A stretch of DNA of 62,326 nucleotides, the filler included. It is 15 parts of 15 records of this genome, joined end to end, with 100 filler letters (N's around TTAATTAATTAA, not from the genome) between each part and the next. Parts side by side here need not be neighbours in the genome. Positions count along the whole stretch, not along the records: positions 43,259 to 47,241 come from SRR15195285_14715; positions 47,342 to 51,436 come from SRR15195285_14721; positions 51,537 to 58,037 come from SRR15195285_14733; positions 58,138 to 62,326 come from SRR15195285_14738; 11 more parts are not named here. One strand, 5' to 3'. The notes beneath the pieces are model-generated. The model was not told the origin of the DNA and searched no databases. It worked only from the letters and a program-made list of their open reading frames with translations. The position numbers and the translations under genes are program-made. Below, one piece after another: positions 47,077-59,819 of this stretch (within the stretch, counting starts at the first letter, position 1; every line of letters begins with the position of its first letter).

Positions 47077-47341
47077 CTACAAGATCACCCGCAAGTGTGA
47101 CCAGGTGACTGGCAAGAGGCGGGAAGGTGATGAATGAGCGGGCTCTGGCGCTCTGTAGCGTGGCAGGGAGCAGAGTGCCGCTTCGGCACGCTAGCTATTC
47201 TCTGTCTCCCACTCTGTCCCTCTGTCCCTCTGTCCCTCTGANNNNNNNNNNNNNNNNNNNNNNNNNNNNNNNNNNNNNNNNNNNNTTAATTAATTAANNN
47301 NNNNNNNNNNNNNNNNNNNNNNNNNNNNNNNNNNNNNNNNN

Positions 47342-48416
47342 CAGCAGCAGCAGCAGCAGCAGCAGCTACAGTCACGCGATTGGGCAGGGAAGGTGCGAGA
47401 GCAGTGCCCACGCTGCAGTCCAAGCGGGCTCGAGGGTCTGCCCTGTGTATGCCGTCATGCCCTCCTCGGTCCACATCCACAAAATCTGCCACCTGCAAAG
47501 TCGTTGTTGTCACTGCTGCCAAAGCTACCGCACAAACGGCTACTGGTTTTACCGGCACTAAAACCAGATGGTGAAGAAACAGAACGCATGAAACCGGTCT
47601 CACACGATGACCCCCGACTCTCTGGTAATTGCTCTTCACCCTTTTGCTGGCCTACCACTTGACTGCCAGATCCTCAACTTCTGCTGTTATTGACGGTGTT
47701 GCAGGCAAGAGCAAACATCTTCGCACGCTTTTGGAGTGCGCAGGTCGGTTCAAGAAACGGAAGCTCGAGTCTGACCCTGCAGCGCGTTGGGCAAACTCCC
47801 TTGATCGGTGAGTCCTTTCTACACAAACGCGCCACGTCGGTCTAAACCAAACGCCTAGGGCAGAGCAACTTGTCTGGATACTAGCTACTGTTCCATGCGC
47901 TGAAACGAAGTCAGTATATATGCTGGACGATCCTGATGTACCGTTGGTTCCTGCTGCGTCGCATGCAGCGGTCTAGCGTCTGTGCCACCCGGTCTTGAGC
48001 ACCGACCACACCCGCCTGCCCCTGCGACAGCTAGACCAGCAACGGCAGCCAGAGGCGATGCCGCTGCCCCTGCCATAGGTGAGACGTCAAGTGAAATAGC
48101 CACCGTCACCGCAGGCTCAAGCAGTAGTACAGCGACAGCAGCCAGCGGCGCTGCCACTGTCCCTGCCACAGGCGAGATATCAAGTGAAATGGCCACTGCC
48201 ACCGCGGGCTCGAGCAGCAGTGACGACCCCAGCACTATTTCAGGCAGCGGCATCAATTCCACCGACAAAGACGGCTCCTCAGATCAGACAATGAGCACGG
48301 CTAATGCTACATCGCCGAAGTCATCTACTCCGTCCTCGGCATCAGCACCGCAAGCAGAGGCGCCAGCAAAACAAGGGCAGTCAGATACGGCTGCAACCGG
48401 AGACGACGACTTATGA
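47342..48416 (+). CDS. Hypothetical protein C-terminus (poly-Q start, Ala/Ser/Thr-rich tail), spliced, 5' truncated
   Basis: (CAG)8 at the contig edge; plausible GT-AG introns link ORFs 47393-47662, 47629-47811 and 47982-48416. No recognisable domain. Confidence 0.45.
48048..48221 (+). repeat. 93-nt-period in-frame tandem duplication (2 copies)
   Basis: ARGDAAAPAIGETSSEIATVTAGSSSS vs ASGAATVPATGEISSEMATATAGSSSS; copies start at 48048 and 48141. Confidence 0.85.
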
Positions 48417-48546
48417 AAGGTGGGATGCAATGAAATGCTTGTGAACTGTGCCCGTCAGTTTCATTCAGTGCAGCAAAATTGAACTTGGACTTGGATCACA
48501 CCGGTAGATCACACGTACACGAGATAAACCCTGCGCGCTCGGCAAG

Positions 48547-51436
48547 CTATTGCTTCTCCAGTAAACTATTTCCGGTCAACGACCTGACGCTGGCCCATCC
48601 CATCTCCGCTCGTACCCGCAGTTGGCCCTCAACCGCCCGTACATCTAACGCCTTAAACACTGCGCCTGGCTTCAGCCGTCCGACCTTGTCACTGGTCAAA
48701 GCAGCACCAGCCCGAAGCACTGCCTTTTTGATGCAGCGCCAAGTCCCATGATCGTTGGCACTTCCGTTCGATGCCACACCGACATTCTTGCTGTTCTTGC
48801 TCCATTTCACCTTCATTATCGGCATGACACTCGTCGATGGAGCACTTGGCCCTCCTGCTTGTGTCTCCGCCGCTGTCAGACCCGATGAGGTAGCACGTTG
48901 CGTTTCAGTCTGCTCCTGCATCTCAGTCTGCTGTTCGCTCCCCGTCAGCTTCTTTTCCGTCTCCACCTGCACCTCCACTTTAGCCAGTGCTGGTGCTACC
49001 TCCTTACTAGTTGCTACTTCACTATGGTGAGAGCTCATGTCTAACCAGGTCTGCCGAACGGCTGCCTTCACCTCGAATTTCTTGGCATCTAAGCCACCTG
49101 CATGAATCTTGAGACGCTGTTCGAGACAAGCTCGGACGCCCTTGAAGGTCATCTGTGCCGCTGATTCACCGGCTTCAAGGATGATCGCCCTGACACCTTC
49201 TTTGATCGCAGCTGCGAGACGTGCAGCCTCAGCCTCCGCTGCGAGACGTGCAGCGTCTGCTTCAGCAGCAAGGCGCGTTGCTGCCGCAGCCGCTTCTGCG
49301 ATCGCTGTGCGTTGTGCCTCCTTCTCCGCGGCGATGCGCACTTTCTCTGCGGCGGCGGCAGCTTCCTCCGCTGCGATTCGATTCTGCGTCACACTGGCTG
49401 TCGATACTGCTGCGGCCTCCTCTGTTGGAGAGGGTGCGCGCAGATCATCGAGAAGACACTGCGAATGCATCTGGGTGTCTGCCCATAGCAGCTCCACCAC
49501 GCCATTTGCATGGTCGGGGGCCTTCATCAGCTGTCCAGCGCGGTCAGTCTCGTCCTCGACGCACCACGTGCCTACGGCAAGCCCAGCCTTCCACGCCCGC
49601 AGCTCTGCTGCCTGCTTAGCTTCTTCAATCTTTCGGGCAGCAGCGTTTGCTTCACGCGTCGCCTTCGCCCTCGCGAGTGCTGCCGCCTTTGCAGCCGCCT
49701 TTGCCTCACGCTTGGCCTTCGCCTTTTTGGCCGCAGCTTTTGCAACGATGGTCCTAACGATGTCCTCGATTGTGTCCTCGATTTCCTCCGCGTCTGCTGC
49801 CGCCCGCTGGCGCGCAGCCTCTGCGGCCGCTCGCTGCCTCTCCAGCTCAGCCCTCTTTCTTGCTGCCTCGATCGCCGCCCGCTCCCGAGCAGCCAGCAGA
49901 CGGCGCAACGCCTTCTGGAGCACAACCGCAGCCGTCAGCTCGCGCCGTGCTGCTCGGTCGACTTCTGGTGATCGAGGTTCCTTTGGCACATCCGAGCCAT
50001 CAGGCTGGAGCATGCAGAGCATCGCAACTGAGTCGGGAGTAGATGATACTTCGCTGGGAGACTCGGGGCGCCCACACGCAACGTATGAGACGACTGCATT
50101 CGCCTCCTCACCTGAATGCAGCTGCTGCATCAGCCAGAATGCAACAGCATGCTGACTGGAAGGGCGCGCGATAATGCAGCACCGACGACTACCCTGGGAT
50201 CGCGTCGCGCGCCGGGATACGCTTGCTGCTGCTCTTTTTGCGTAGTCTCTGCCGTTGTCCTCAGCATGCCGCCTGCGCGGTCCACCCAACTGCACCATCT
50301 CGGCCCAGGCGATAGCTTTCAATCCGTTGACCAGCCTTGTCCCGAAAGCGGCGTGTGGTGTCTGCCGTGCGCTCGTATCTGGAAGCTGCTCGCTCACCAC
50401 AGCAAGACCGAGGATCTCAAGAACTAGAGTACTATCATCTTGCCGCTCCCCCGCCTGACCGCCAGAATGCAGCAATCTGAACGTCGCCGCGCCAACAAGG
50501 TGGGCGCCCACGCGAAGGAGGAGCGTAGCGACCGTCTTTGCGGCCGAGGCAGACAGTGTTGGCGTATGGATCCCGTCTGTCAATAGCTCCAATCCTCCAC
50601 CTTGGCTGCTGCAATCAGTCGGTGACGGTGGTTCAATAAGGACCTGGTACAAATCCAGAAGGCGCTGCCCAACCTTGCCCTGCTGTCTTTTGCTTCCTCG
50701 TAGAAGGTCGTAACGAAGTCCCGCTATGTCATTGACAAGCTTTCGTGGCTGACACGCGAGAGGGTCTAGAAAACCTCCACGTACAGTCCTTAGGCTGATC
50801 GGTTGTGCTGGTTCAGCAGCATCGAGCCAGCTGACATTGCGCGGTGTGGCTGTTAGTGTGGCTTCCGCAACCGGCTTATCACGTTTGCGTGCTACTCCTT
50901 GTTCCGGCTGGTCTCGTTGCTCGGCGACAAGAGATATCCGGCTCGCCTTGGCCCTAATCCACCTGTCGTAGCGCGCGTTCCAGCCGGTAAAGTGGACTAG
51001 CACGCGCCGCCTGTCAGTATCGAGCTTGATTACACGACCAGGCCAACCCTTAGAGCCCTTTTCGACCTTGACCTGGACCTTGCATCCCACTGTTAGCTGC
51101 GACATGACTTCCTCTGGTGTTGCGTACTTCTTCTCCATCTCCTTGTTTTTGATACTGAACAGTGGGAGATCGTCCTCGTCGTCTGAGCAACCTTCGCTCT
51201 CACCGAGCCGTTTGGTGGCCGCAGCTTTGGCGGCAGCCGCATCGTATGCCTGCTGCACGGAGCTGCTCGACAGCCTCAAACGGGGTCGCTTGGGAGCCGC
51301 TGTCGTCAGCGAGGCACCGTCTTGCCGGCGCTTCGCGGCGACGCTGCTGGCAGCATCGATTGAGCTACTGGTCAGCCGGATGCGCGGCGTCTTCCGCTGC
51401 TGCTGGTGCGGCTGCTGGTGCGGCTGCTGCTGCTGC
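48547..51436 (-). CDS. Chromatin-associated multidomain protein: chromo-barrel/Tudor-knot, IQ-like motif, coiled coil, DEK-C-like, SH3-like (5' truncated)
   Basis: VGCKVQV..WPGRVIKLD..VLVHFTGWNARYDRWI; AAVVLQKALRRLLAAR; IKEGVRAII..MTFKGVRACLEQRL..LDAKKFEVK; C-terminal GWASV..GNSLLE. Confidence 0.8.
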
Positions 51437-51707
51437 NNNNNNNNNNNNNNNNNNNNNNNNNNNNNNNNNNNNNNNNNNNNTTAATTAATTAANNNNNNNN
51501 NNNNNNNNNNNNNNNNNNNNNNNNNNNNNNNNNNNNAAGTCTGAATAGGGCTGCGAGTACCATACTGGTAGCAGAGCTCTGTACATGATGCGTACATGAA
51601 CTTACAGAATGCGCCGGCGGTAATGTGTAAAGTTCGTTGCGGTCCGGATGTTGCGGAGCTGGTCGCCTCTGCTGTAGCGCTCTACTGACACAAGCACGCT
51701 GACCACA

Positions 51708-53788
51708 ATGCCGCGCGTAGAGTCGGAACGGTCGCGCCGTCGTCGTCAGGTCCGTCTCTGTCTGAGGGATCAAGGCAACGCTACCGGCGGTCAAGGCGGC
51801 GGGGCACTACAGGAATCAGCAGTACAGGTACGACGAGGGCATATCGCATTGAGAGTGGCCATATATTGAGAGTCACAGCCCCGAGATGCCGAGAACTCAC
51901 TGAAAAATCGGCTGTATGTCAGCTCCCGCAGCGAACGGCACTGGATGCTTGTACGGCAGCCGAATGGTTTGCCTCCATCGATGCAAAGGACGCGCCGCGC
52001 TTCGGGCTCGTCAAGCTGGTGGAACTGGAGCTGGACGGGCTCCATGTTGCACCTGCGAGGGCGCAGGAACGCGGTGGCCCGCTGAGTTCTTGGGCGCCCA
52101 CCATCACCTTGCTTGCGTATGCGGCGCTCCGCCACAGGGACGGCATCGTCGCAGCGCTGCTGCGAGCTGGAGCTGATCCCAGCGTCAGGTGGAGCTCCAC
52201 ATCGAATACGGCCACCGTAGGTGTGCAGGCGTATGTCGGGTCGTTGCGCATGCCCTATAGCGTGTGGGTAGTGCGTAGGGTAGTGGCAATGCGTCGAACT
52301 GGTGCGCTGGCAACAGCCAGTGGTACTGCTGCGCGCTGCGCCGTGTGCGACATGAGTGGGACAGAGCTACTGGCGTGGGGCGGGACCTGTGGTCACTTGC
52401 TGTGCGAGATGTGCTTCTGGCGCCTCCAGATGGGCCACGACCACGTGGCTCACGCAGGTAGTGAGGTGTGCTGTCCTGTGTGCGCCTCCGCTACTGCGGA
52501 AACGACTACAGTTCCTTTGTATCTGGGCCCAGCGAGTTGCTGCACCGATTCTTCACGAGCGGAGCGCAAGGCTGCCAGTATGCAAAAGTGGCTTGCGCTA
52601 GCTGCAACAAAAGCAGAGGCAGAGGCACGAGAGACGGCAACCAACGCAAAAAAGACGAGAGCTAGGGGCCGGCGCGCCAGGGCCCTTACAGAGCTCGAGG
52701 CCGCTGCGTTGAATCCTGGGTGGCTGAGGAGCGACCGAGTAGAGCGGCTGAACGAGGCAGCCTGCGCAGATGATGTTCTGCGTCTACTGGCAATAATAGA
52801 GGCGGGGGTCGATATTGATGGTCGTTCGGAGTGTGGTGAGACTGCTGCCATGTCCGCGGCAATGTTGGGCAATGCAACCAGCTTGCGAGCATTGTGTTGG
52901 GCAGGAGCGGATCTGAGCATCGCAGATGCAATTGGATCAACGCCATCCTCTGCAGCTGAGGCGAGGGGCCACGAAGCTGCTCTAGCGGTGGCAAACGAGT
53001 ACTTGCCAAAAGGCGCTACCACCAGTGCTCCTAGTACGTCAAGAACTGCTGGGCTACATCCAGCAGCGATGCTGGTGGATTCCTCGCTGCCTGTCCCTCC
53101 TGAGTTCCGGTCTCTGATTGGTGCGAGTGAGCATCCGGCGCATCCTGGATGCGGGAGTGGCTACGTTGACAACGGACTCAGCAGTAGCTGGTTGCGACGT
53201 CTTCAGGATGTGTGGACAAAACTACCAACTCATGTTGCTGATACTACTGGGGGGAACACGAGCTCCAAGTCCTACACTATGACCTGCGCAACGAGATCTT
53301 TGTTCTGTGACACTGAGGGCTGGGTAGAGGCAGAACTCGCGCCGTTGGCAGAGCAATTGTTGAATCATACTGCCGCCACAGGCATGCGGTTGGTGGAACT
53401 GAAAGTTCTACCGCGCATGCGATTTCTCAGTTACGAAAGCAAAGGAGGCAACATGCAACCACATGTTGACCTCGCTAAACGTGATCCAGCGAATGGCCTC
53501 AGACTTTCGACCCACACGTTCATGGTCCACCTTGCGACCTGCAAAACTGGCGGTGAAACTGTAATGTTAAGCAAGCTCACAGGCGCCGTGGCTGCACTTG
53601 ATGCTAGTGGCGCGAGTAAAGGGGCACAGACACAGCTGCCCGAAGGAGTTCTAGCAGCGGTGTCTCCAGTCCGTGGGCGACTGCTGGTCTTCCCCCACTC
53701 GTGTCCGCATGCTGGCTTGGCCGTGAGCTCTGTGCCGAAGCTCTTTCTACGTGGTGAGCTGCTGGCACGATGGGAGGACTGTCAATGA
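51708..53788 (+). CDS. RING finger + ankyrin repeat + 2OG-Fe(II) oxygenase (prolyl-4-hydroxylase-like) fusion protein
   Basis: C3HC4 pattern CAVC..CGHLLCEMC..CPVC; ankyrin AGVDIDGRSECGETAAMSAA..AGADLSIADAIGSTP; MRFLSY..PHVD..TFMVHL..GGET..PVRGRLLVFPH..PHAG..KLFLRGE. Start inferred via intron 51828-51922 (phase 0). Confidence 0.83.
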
Positions 53789-54035
53789 AGAGGCCGTGGC
53801 ACGAAAAGCTTCAGTGGCTTCCACACGTACGTCGTAGAGCGTGTGGGACGTGCAAGGCCACCGCGGCGCGTGATTGATGATGCGAGGCAGCGCCGCACCC
53901 GCAAAGCACGAGCCGACTGACTCGGTCCATTCGTACAGTATTGAAATTCAAATAACATCTTCCCTACCGGTAAGGTAATGAATCAGGGAGTTTTAAAATT
54001 GCCCCTCCAAACATGAGCCAACCGACCCCGTGCGG

Positions 54036-57000
54036 TCACTTCCCTCCAAGTGATAATTTCAACCGAAAAAGCGCGTTGCGGTTGCTGCATTCCAATGCAG
54101 TGGGACATAGCCGCTTGTCAAAGTACGGATAATACCTGCCACAGCAAACACGAACGATACCATCAGTTTTGGAACCACTCAATTGACCAGACGAGCAGTA
54201 CTCATTCGGGTTATATCGCACAATGGATAGTTCGTATTCCACAGGTTGTTGTGGAGGTTCACCGCCATTCCTTTTACGCTGCCGGGTGCTAGCCGCGCCA
54301 TGCCAGTTCCAACACGAGCACTTGCCTCGTCAGTGGTCGCGGGTAGCGGATTGCCATTCGGGAAACGATCCGTGATCGGATTAATATTTGGTGCATCCAA
54401 TGTTTCAAGCTTGAACTGACCACCCACGGTCTGCGCGACCGATCCTCCCCAGGTTGCATGGTTAAACTGGTTCCCGCCGTCGAGAACTCCTTCAGGATCA
54501 ACTGGCTGTCCTAGCTTGTCAATGCTCCACGCAGACTTGTGATCGCTGGAAGCGGAGATTTCGGGAGGAGACAGTTTCGGCAGTGGAATGAATGAGATTG
54601 ACGTAGACTCTCCAACCATCGTCGGGAGCTTCGAGAGCAACGTGGCAGTCAGGTCAATCTCTAGAACGCCTCCTGATAAGCCGCTGCCAGAGCTTGTGGT
54701 CGTCACATTACTGACTGGAAAGCTGTACGTGAGGAAGACTGTGCTCCAGGAGCCGTACACGCGCGAAGCTTTGGGTGGCATCGTCAACTCTACAACGACT
54801 GTCGACGCTGCCTTCGCACTGCCCTCGACAAAGAGGTTGACAGCACTCGGCTTCCAGACTCTGGCTTCGGAATAATTATTGCTGCCAGGTTTGCAGAATC
54901 CTCCTGACTCTCCGTGGCCGTTGATGTAGGCATACGTGAACGGCTGTCAACATTGCAATTGTTCAGTGTAGTGTACGACTTTTAAGACTATGCGATAATC
55001 GACATTACGCTAACCCAGAAAACTCACTTGCCAGTCTGAGTCGTTGAACGTGCGATAAGTAAATTGGCCAAGTGGGTGGTCAGCTGAAGCCCAGGCCACA
55101 CCTGCGTGCTCGAGGTTGATCAGGGAACCATCGCTGCCAAAGCCCACAAGTGCTCCACTGCGAGTTGTCACTGTGCTGTCCAGTGGGATTGATAGCATCC
55201 CACTAGTCATTGGTGGTTGGACGTTCTCCAGCTCATATATCGCTTCGCGTGCTGCTGCCGCCAAGGGATGCTTGGCCTCCTCGAGCGTCGTGTAAGCTAA
55301 GGTGTTAAAGAAACGTTGTTCAGCCCAGCTTATGGACGCGTGTCGGTAAGGCTGCGTATCGACCAAGTTCCGGAATTTGGTCACATTGTAATCGTTACCA
55401 CCGCCCCAGCCGGATATTCCAGGTGTTCCCTGCAGGAAATAAGGGACACCAGGAGTTGAAGTGCCACGAAGTCAGGTAATGCTGCACCAGCAAGAAATGA
55501 ACTGGTGAATGCAACGGATTCTCACCCATGTATGCTCGGGTGCCTTGAGTAGAGCCCAGGTGAAGTTCTGGATTACAGGATTATTGTATCCACAAGGACC
55601 AGTTGGGTGTGCCTCCAGACATTCTATCCACACGCGCTGGAGTGCACGATTTTCTGCCATCTTGAGTGGATCAGACGGAGTGCCACTGCAGAAAGGCAAC
55701 CCAAACGGTCGATGTTCACCAATCCAAATCCACGAATCGCAAGGCAGCAGACATTGGCACTATCGACAACTTACTACATCCAAGAGTCACCGACTTCAAG
55801 GCTGACAACAGGCAATTTCATCTTTGCGGGCAGTACGTCTGCAATAAACGCGTCGAAGGTGGATGTGATGACTTTTGCACCGGGATACTCGTTTCTGACC
55901 GTGTCTAGTGACGACTGTACTTCAGCAGGACTTTTTGGCGGACCCGTATTATCAACACGAAACTCCGTGCACAGTGCAAAGCCATTCGGTGACTCTGCAC
56001 AGTCAGTTGGGCCATAGCCTCCATACCCATACGGGTGGTACGCCACAATCACATCAGTGCCAGTATTGTTATCCACCCAGCGATGCAACTTGGGCACTTG
56101 CGGTGGAAAGTCTGCGGCGTTGCTGCCAATGGTCAGGCCAGGGAGCCCACGTTTCGCCATATAGGGAATGACAGAGCGCGTCACGTAGATCACATCGCGG
56201 ACAGACATAGTAGTCGTGTTCTTCGTGCCGCCATAAAAACGCCGGTCCATTTTGCGCACCAAGTCGATGCCAGCCTCGAACAACTGTGGAGCCATATTCT
56301 CTGGCTGCCAGTTGAACGGGCCACCGTGCCACACGATATCACCATCCTGTGCGGCCGCAGTGAAATCAGCAATCGCACTGGCGTCAGGGCACTGCAGCGG
56401 AGCAGTCTCGTTGTTTTCCAGTGAGCGAGCAGCGCACACCCCATCGCTGCGGCACGCGCCTGGATAGCACTGATTCATATGAGCGTGCCAAGTGCCTGCA
56501 GCGGCCGACCAGGTGATTGAAGAGAAATCGTCAGCAACAGTACCCGTCAACGCCCCATATCCAGTAAGCGAGTACGTTAGCGTATGTGTTACCGGCTCGA
56601 ACTTGCCAGATCCATACGTCCAACCTGCTGGGCTGATCCTGGTGTCCCACCAGACAGTTACCTCGTTTGTTTCCGCATCGTGTGTCTGAATGTAGAAGTC
56701 CTGCGTGTCCGATGGCCCGTACCACAGGCCAGAGAGCCCACCAGTGAACTTCTTCCATGACTTCGGCCAACTTGACATTGTCTTGCCATTGTCGAGCTCG
56801 CACGATAGAGATGCTGGGGCGCTGCTGAGCGTGCACCTCCCGGAGTCCCAGCCACACCCACCCGGAGACCCTCCAGTCCAGTTCGTTGTCAAGCATTGCA
56901 GTTTGAACGTCTTGTGCTCGTCCACTTCACTCAGATATAGCCGCCAAGCTCCTGTCACATCTGTGTAGACGCCAGCTTGGTCTGAGCTCTGCGGCGTGTG

Positions 57001-57993
57001 CTTTTGTGGGCACGGGCAGTTCAAAAAGCGCTCCATGAGCCAGGGGTGCGTCGTGTAGATGAAGCGATCCGCGGTTGAGGTGTCGTTCTTCATACTGCGC
57101 GCAGTCTCAGCAGCCAGCTTGAAGTAGTCGTGCATATACGTGTTGTCGACATCATTTACAAACCCTGTGTAGCCCACATCGTACTGCGACACACCCAGCA
57201 GCCGTCAGGACGCCAAGTGACGAACGTTTGGAGCAAGGCTCTGCATGGGCAGATGCGAAGAGAACAAGGAGCTCACATGGTTCATGTACACCATGTGGAC
57301 TGTATGTATTTTTTCTGCAGAGCTCTTGATATATGCTGTGGCGCCCTGCCACGACGGGCCACCCAAAGGATGAGCGCTATCACGCGCCCAGCACCAGCTG
57401 GAGTTCGAGCCTGGTGCGACCGCAGGCTGAGCTCCGCACCAGAATCCAAGGCACTCGGCCCAGGAGCCACACCCCTCCTTCGCCGCGTCTGGCCCAACCC
57501 AGTAGCACTGCGCAACCCCTTGCTGGCCAGGAACCGTAGTGCAGCCGCCTCCGCCAGCGATGCACCTGGATGGGCTCGCGCATCCAATCGCCGCATGCGG
57601 GACCTCCACGAACTTCTGTGGCACCGCGGTATCGCGCCGCACCCACTGCTGACCGTCCGCCATGATAACACTGGCATCGCTCTTAACCGTCCCGGAGCCA
57701 GCTGCACCGCAGTCGAGGCGGATCCCCTGCAGCTCGCGGGAATCGTAGTCGTGAACCGCCTGCTGACGGCAGCTGCCGCAGGCCGCTCCGCTGCCACACT
57801 CTCGTCGGTACGTCGTATTCATTGGGCGCTGTTTGTCCGAACGCAGTGAAAAGACTTCGCCGGCTGCTCCCACCAGCCACGTGCCCTCGAGATTCGGGAG
57901 GGCCGTGGGCATTGGACCATACAGCTCCACTTCATCCCACTCAGCAGCCAGTGCCGCCACCGCCGCCGCCGCTGCTGGCAGCAGCAGCAGCAT
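54036..57993 (-). CDS. Second DUF5054/GH38-like secreted glycosidase with extra beta-rich modules, multi-exon
   Basis: Signal peptide; HMVYMNH|YDVGY, GDIVWHGGPFN, SVRDV, DNTGPP, EVGDSWM, KAPEHTW, SWAEQR, IDKLG and HNNLWNTNYPL|YYPY motifs parallel the 23588-26362 protein. Confidence 0.85.
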
Positions 57994-58137
57994 GAACCCA
58001 CAGGTTAGCTGAGCAATGCCAGCCTCGGGCTAGCTATNNNNNNNNNNNNNNNNNNNNNNNNNNNNNNNNNNNNNNNNNNNNTTAATTAATTAANNNNNNN
58101 NNNNNNNNNNNNNNNNNNNNNNNNNNNNNNNNNNNNN

Positions 58138-59819
58138 GCCTCTAACGATGACATCTCGCAGTGCAACAACAGGCGTAGGAGACAGCACTGGAACCATCGC
58201 TGGCGCTCCAATATTGGAGCTACTCTCACTGGTACTGGTAGAATTGCCAGAAAGGATGTCATGTATCGCCACGAGGTCTGCGTCGTGTAGAGCTTGTCTG
58301 TTCGCGCTGTTTGCAGGAGGCTGAAGGACGCCCCAGTCCCACGCACCGCTTGTCATCGGTGTATCCCTACTATCAGCTTGTGCCCGAGCGTCGCGAGAGT
58401 CGTACACGCTGGATCGAGGGACCTGACCACACATCATCCTGCAAAGGGGCAGCATCGCGTGGCGTGTCACCATGCAGAGAGGAATCGCACGTTGCATGTG
58501 ATTAGCCCACACACGTACAAGCAGCATGTTCGAGCTCGGCAACACTCACAGTTCTCCACACGCAGTGAGTATCATCGTCGCAAACGAGCTACATGCCACA
58601 TTCGTGATGCGTGTTGCCGACAGCTTTGCATCGTGCTTGCTGCCTGGGGCACCTGGTCGAATAGAATCTCCAGCGGCAGCTCGTCGCTTTGCTGAAATTT
58701 CAACCTCATGTGGCTCATAGTAATCTAGGCCGAAACCATGCCCGAGCTGCCCTAGTGACCCTTCTCCCCATGTAAAGAGCGTGCCAGCGGCGGTCACGAG
58801 CGCCGCATGGTTGTCACGAGCGCTAATGACCGAAACGGGGTGCCTACACAGCTGGAGCGATGGTGACGCGATGTATTTCTCTGCGGCGATGGAGCTGCGG
58901 TCTGCTAACCTGCCCCATGCCCAGAGCTCGCCAGTACCGTCCGCTAGAGCAAATGTCGACCCGCCTCCCGCTACTACAGCGCCCGTTGCTACTGTGCGTC
59001 GCCCTTCCTGGTGCGTATCAAAGCTCACCGGCCTCGGTCTGGTCTCCTGTGCGTCCAGCAGGAACGAAGCGGGCGTCGGCTCAACGGGAAAACTCTGCCC
59101 TTCGTCTGTCGCAGCAACTGTGTTATCATCGCCGGTTCGTCCGCTCGAGCCGTGCCCAAGCTGACCGTTAGTTCCCAAGCCAAAACTCCAAACACGTCCA
59201 GCTGCGTCAGTGGCCACGGTGTGCATGGAACCGCAGCTCAGCCGGCGCAAAGGGGGCAAACAGCAGTGCAGCAGGTGCAGAACTTGCTTCCAGCTCTCTC
59301 CTTTTCGTCTTTCGACACGCCAGCGGTCCACGCGCCTACTCACTGCTGCTGCCGCGGCCACCTCTGGCGCCGAGGCAACGCACGTGATGTTGCCACGCTG
59401 CAGCTTCTTGCGGCGCTCAACGCCGGCGACCGCGAGCATATAGCGTCCAGCACCCTCGTCGTAGCCGCACACCGTCGCGAAGAGGCCGTTCAGAGCTTGC
59501 CCGGCTCTGCTCTGGCACCCATGGACCGCGCAACACGAGCCCCGCGGGGCAGCACAACATCCTGCAGCCCTTCCGATTGCGGCAGCGCGCGACGCGGCCG
59601 CCAGAAATGCGCCGCCACCCGCTCCATTCGCGCTAGACATTCCGGCTCGTCCGCTGCCACATGCAGCAGCACTTCATGAAGCAGCTCGTCGCTCAGCTCG
59701 AGCAAGCCGCTGCACCAGCCACGTGGCAGCTCGCGTGGCTCCGGCTCCGGCTGCGGCTCGGCGCTGGACAGCGCAGCCAGCATCTCTTTCGCCGTCCGCC
59801 GCGCCGTAGCCTGCGGCAT
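58138..59819 (-). CDS. F-box-like + RCC1-repeat protein, apparent 2-nt frameshift near 59529, 3' truncated
   Basis: LLELSDELLHEVLLHV (F-box-like); SCGSMHTVA..GRVWSFGLGTNGQLGHG and GTLFTWGEGSLGQLGHG RCC1 repeats; GTGAGT intron after CGEL. Confidence 0.78.
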
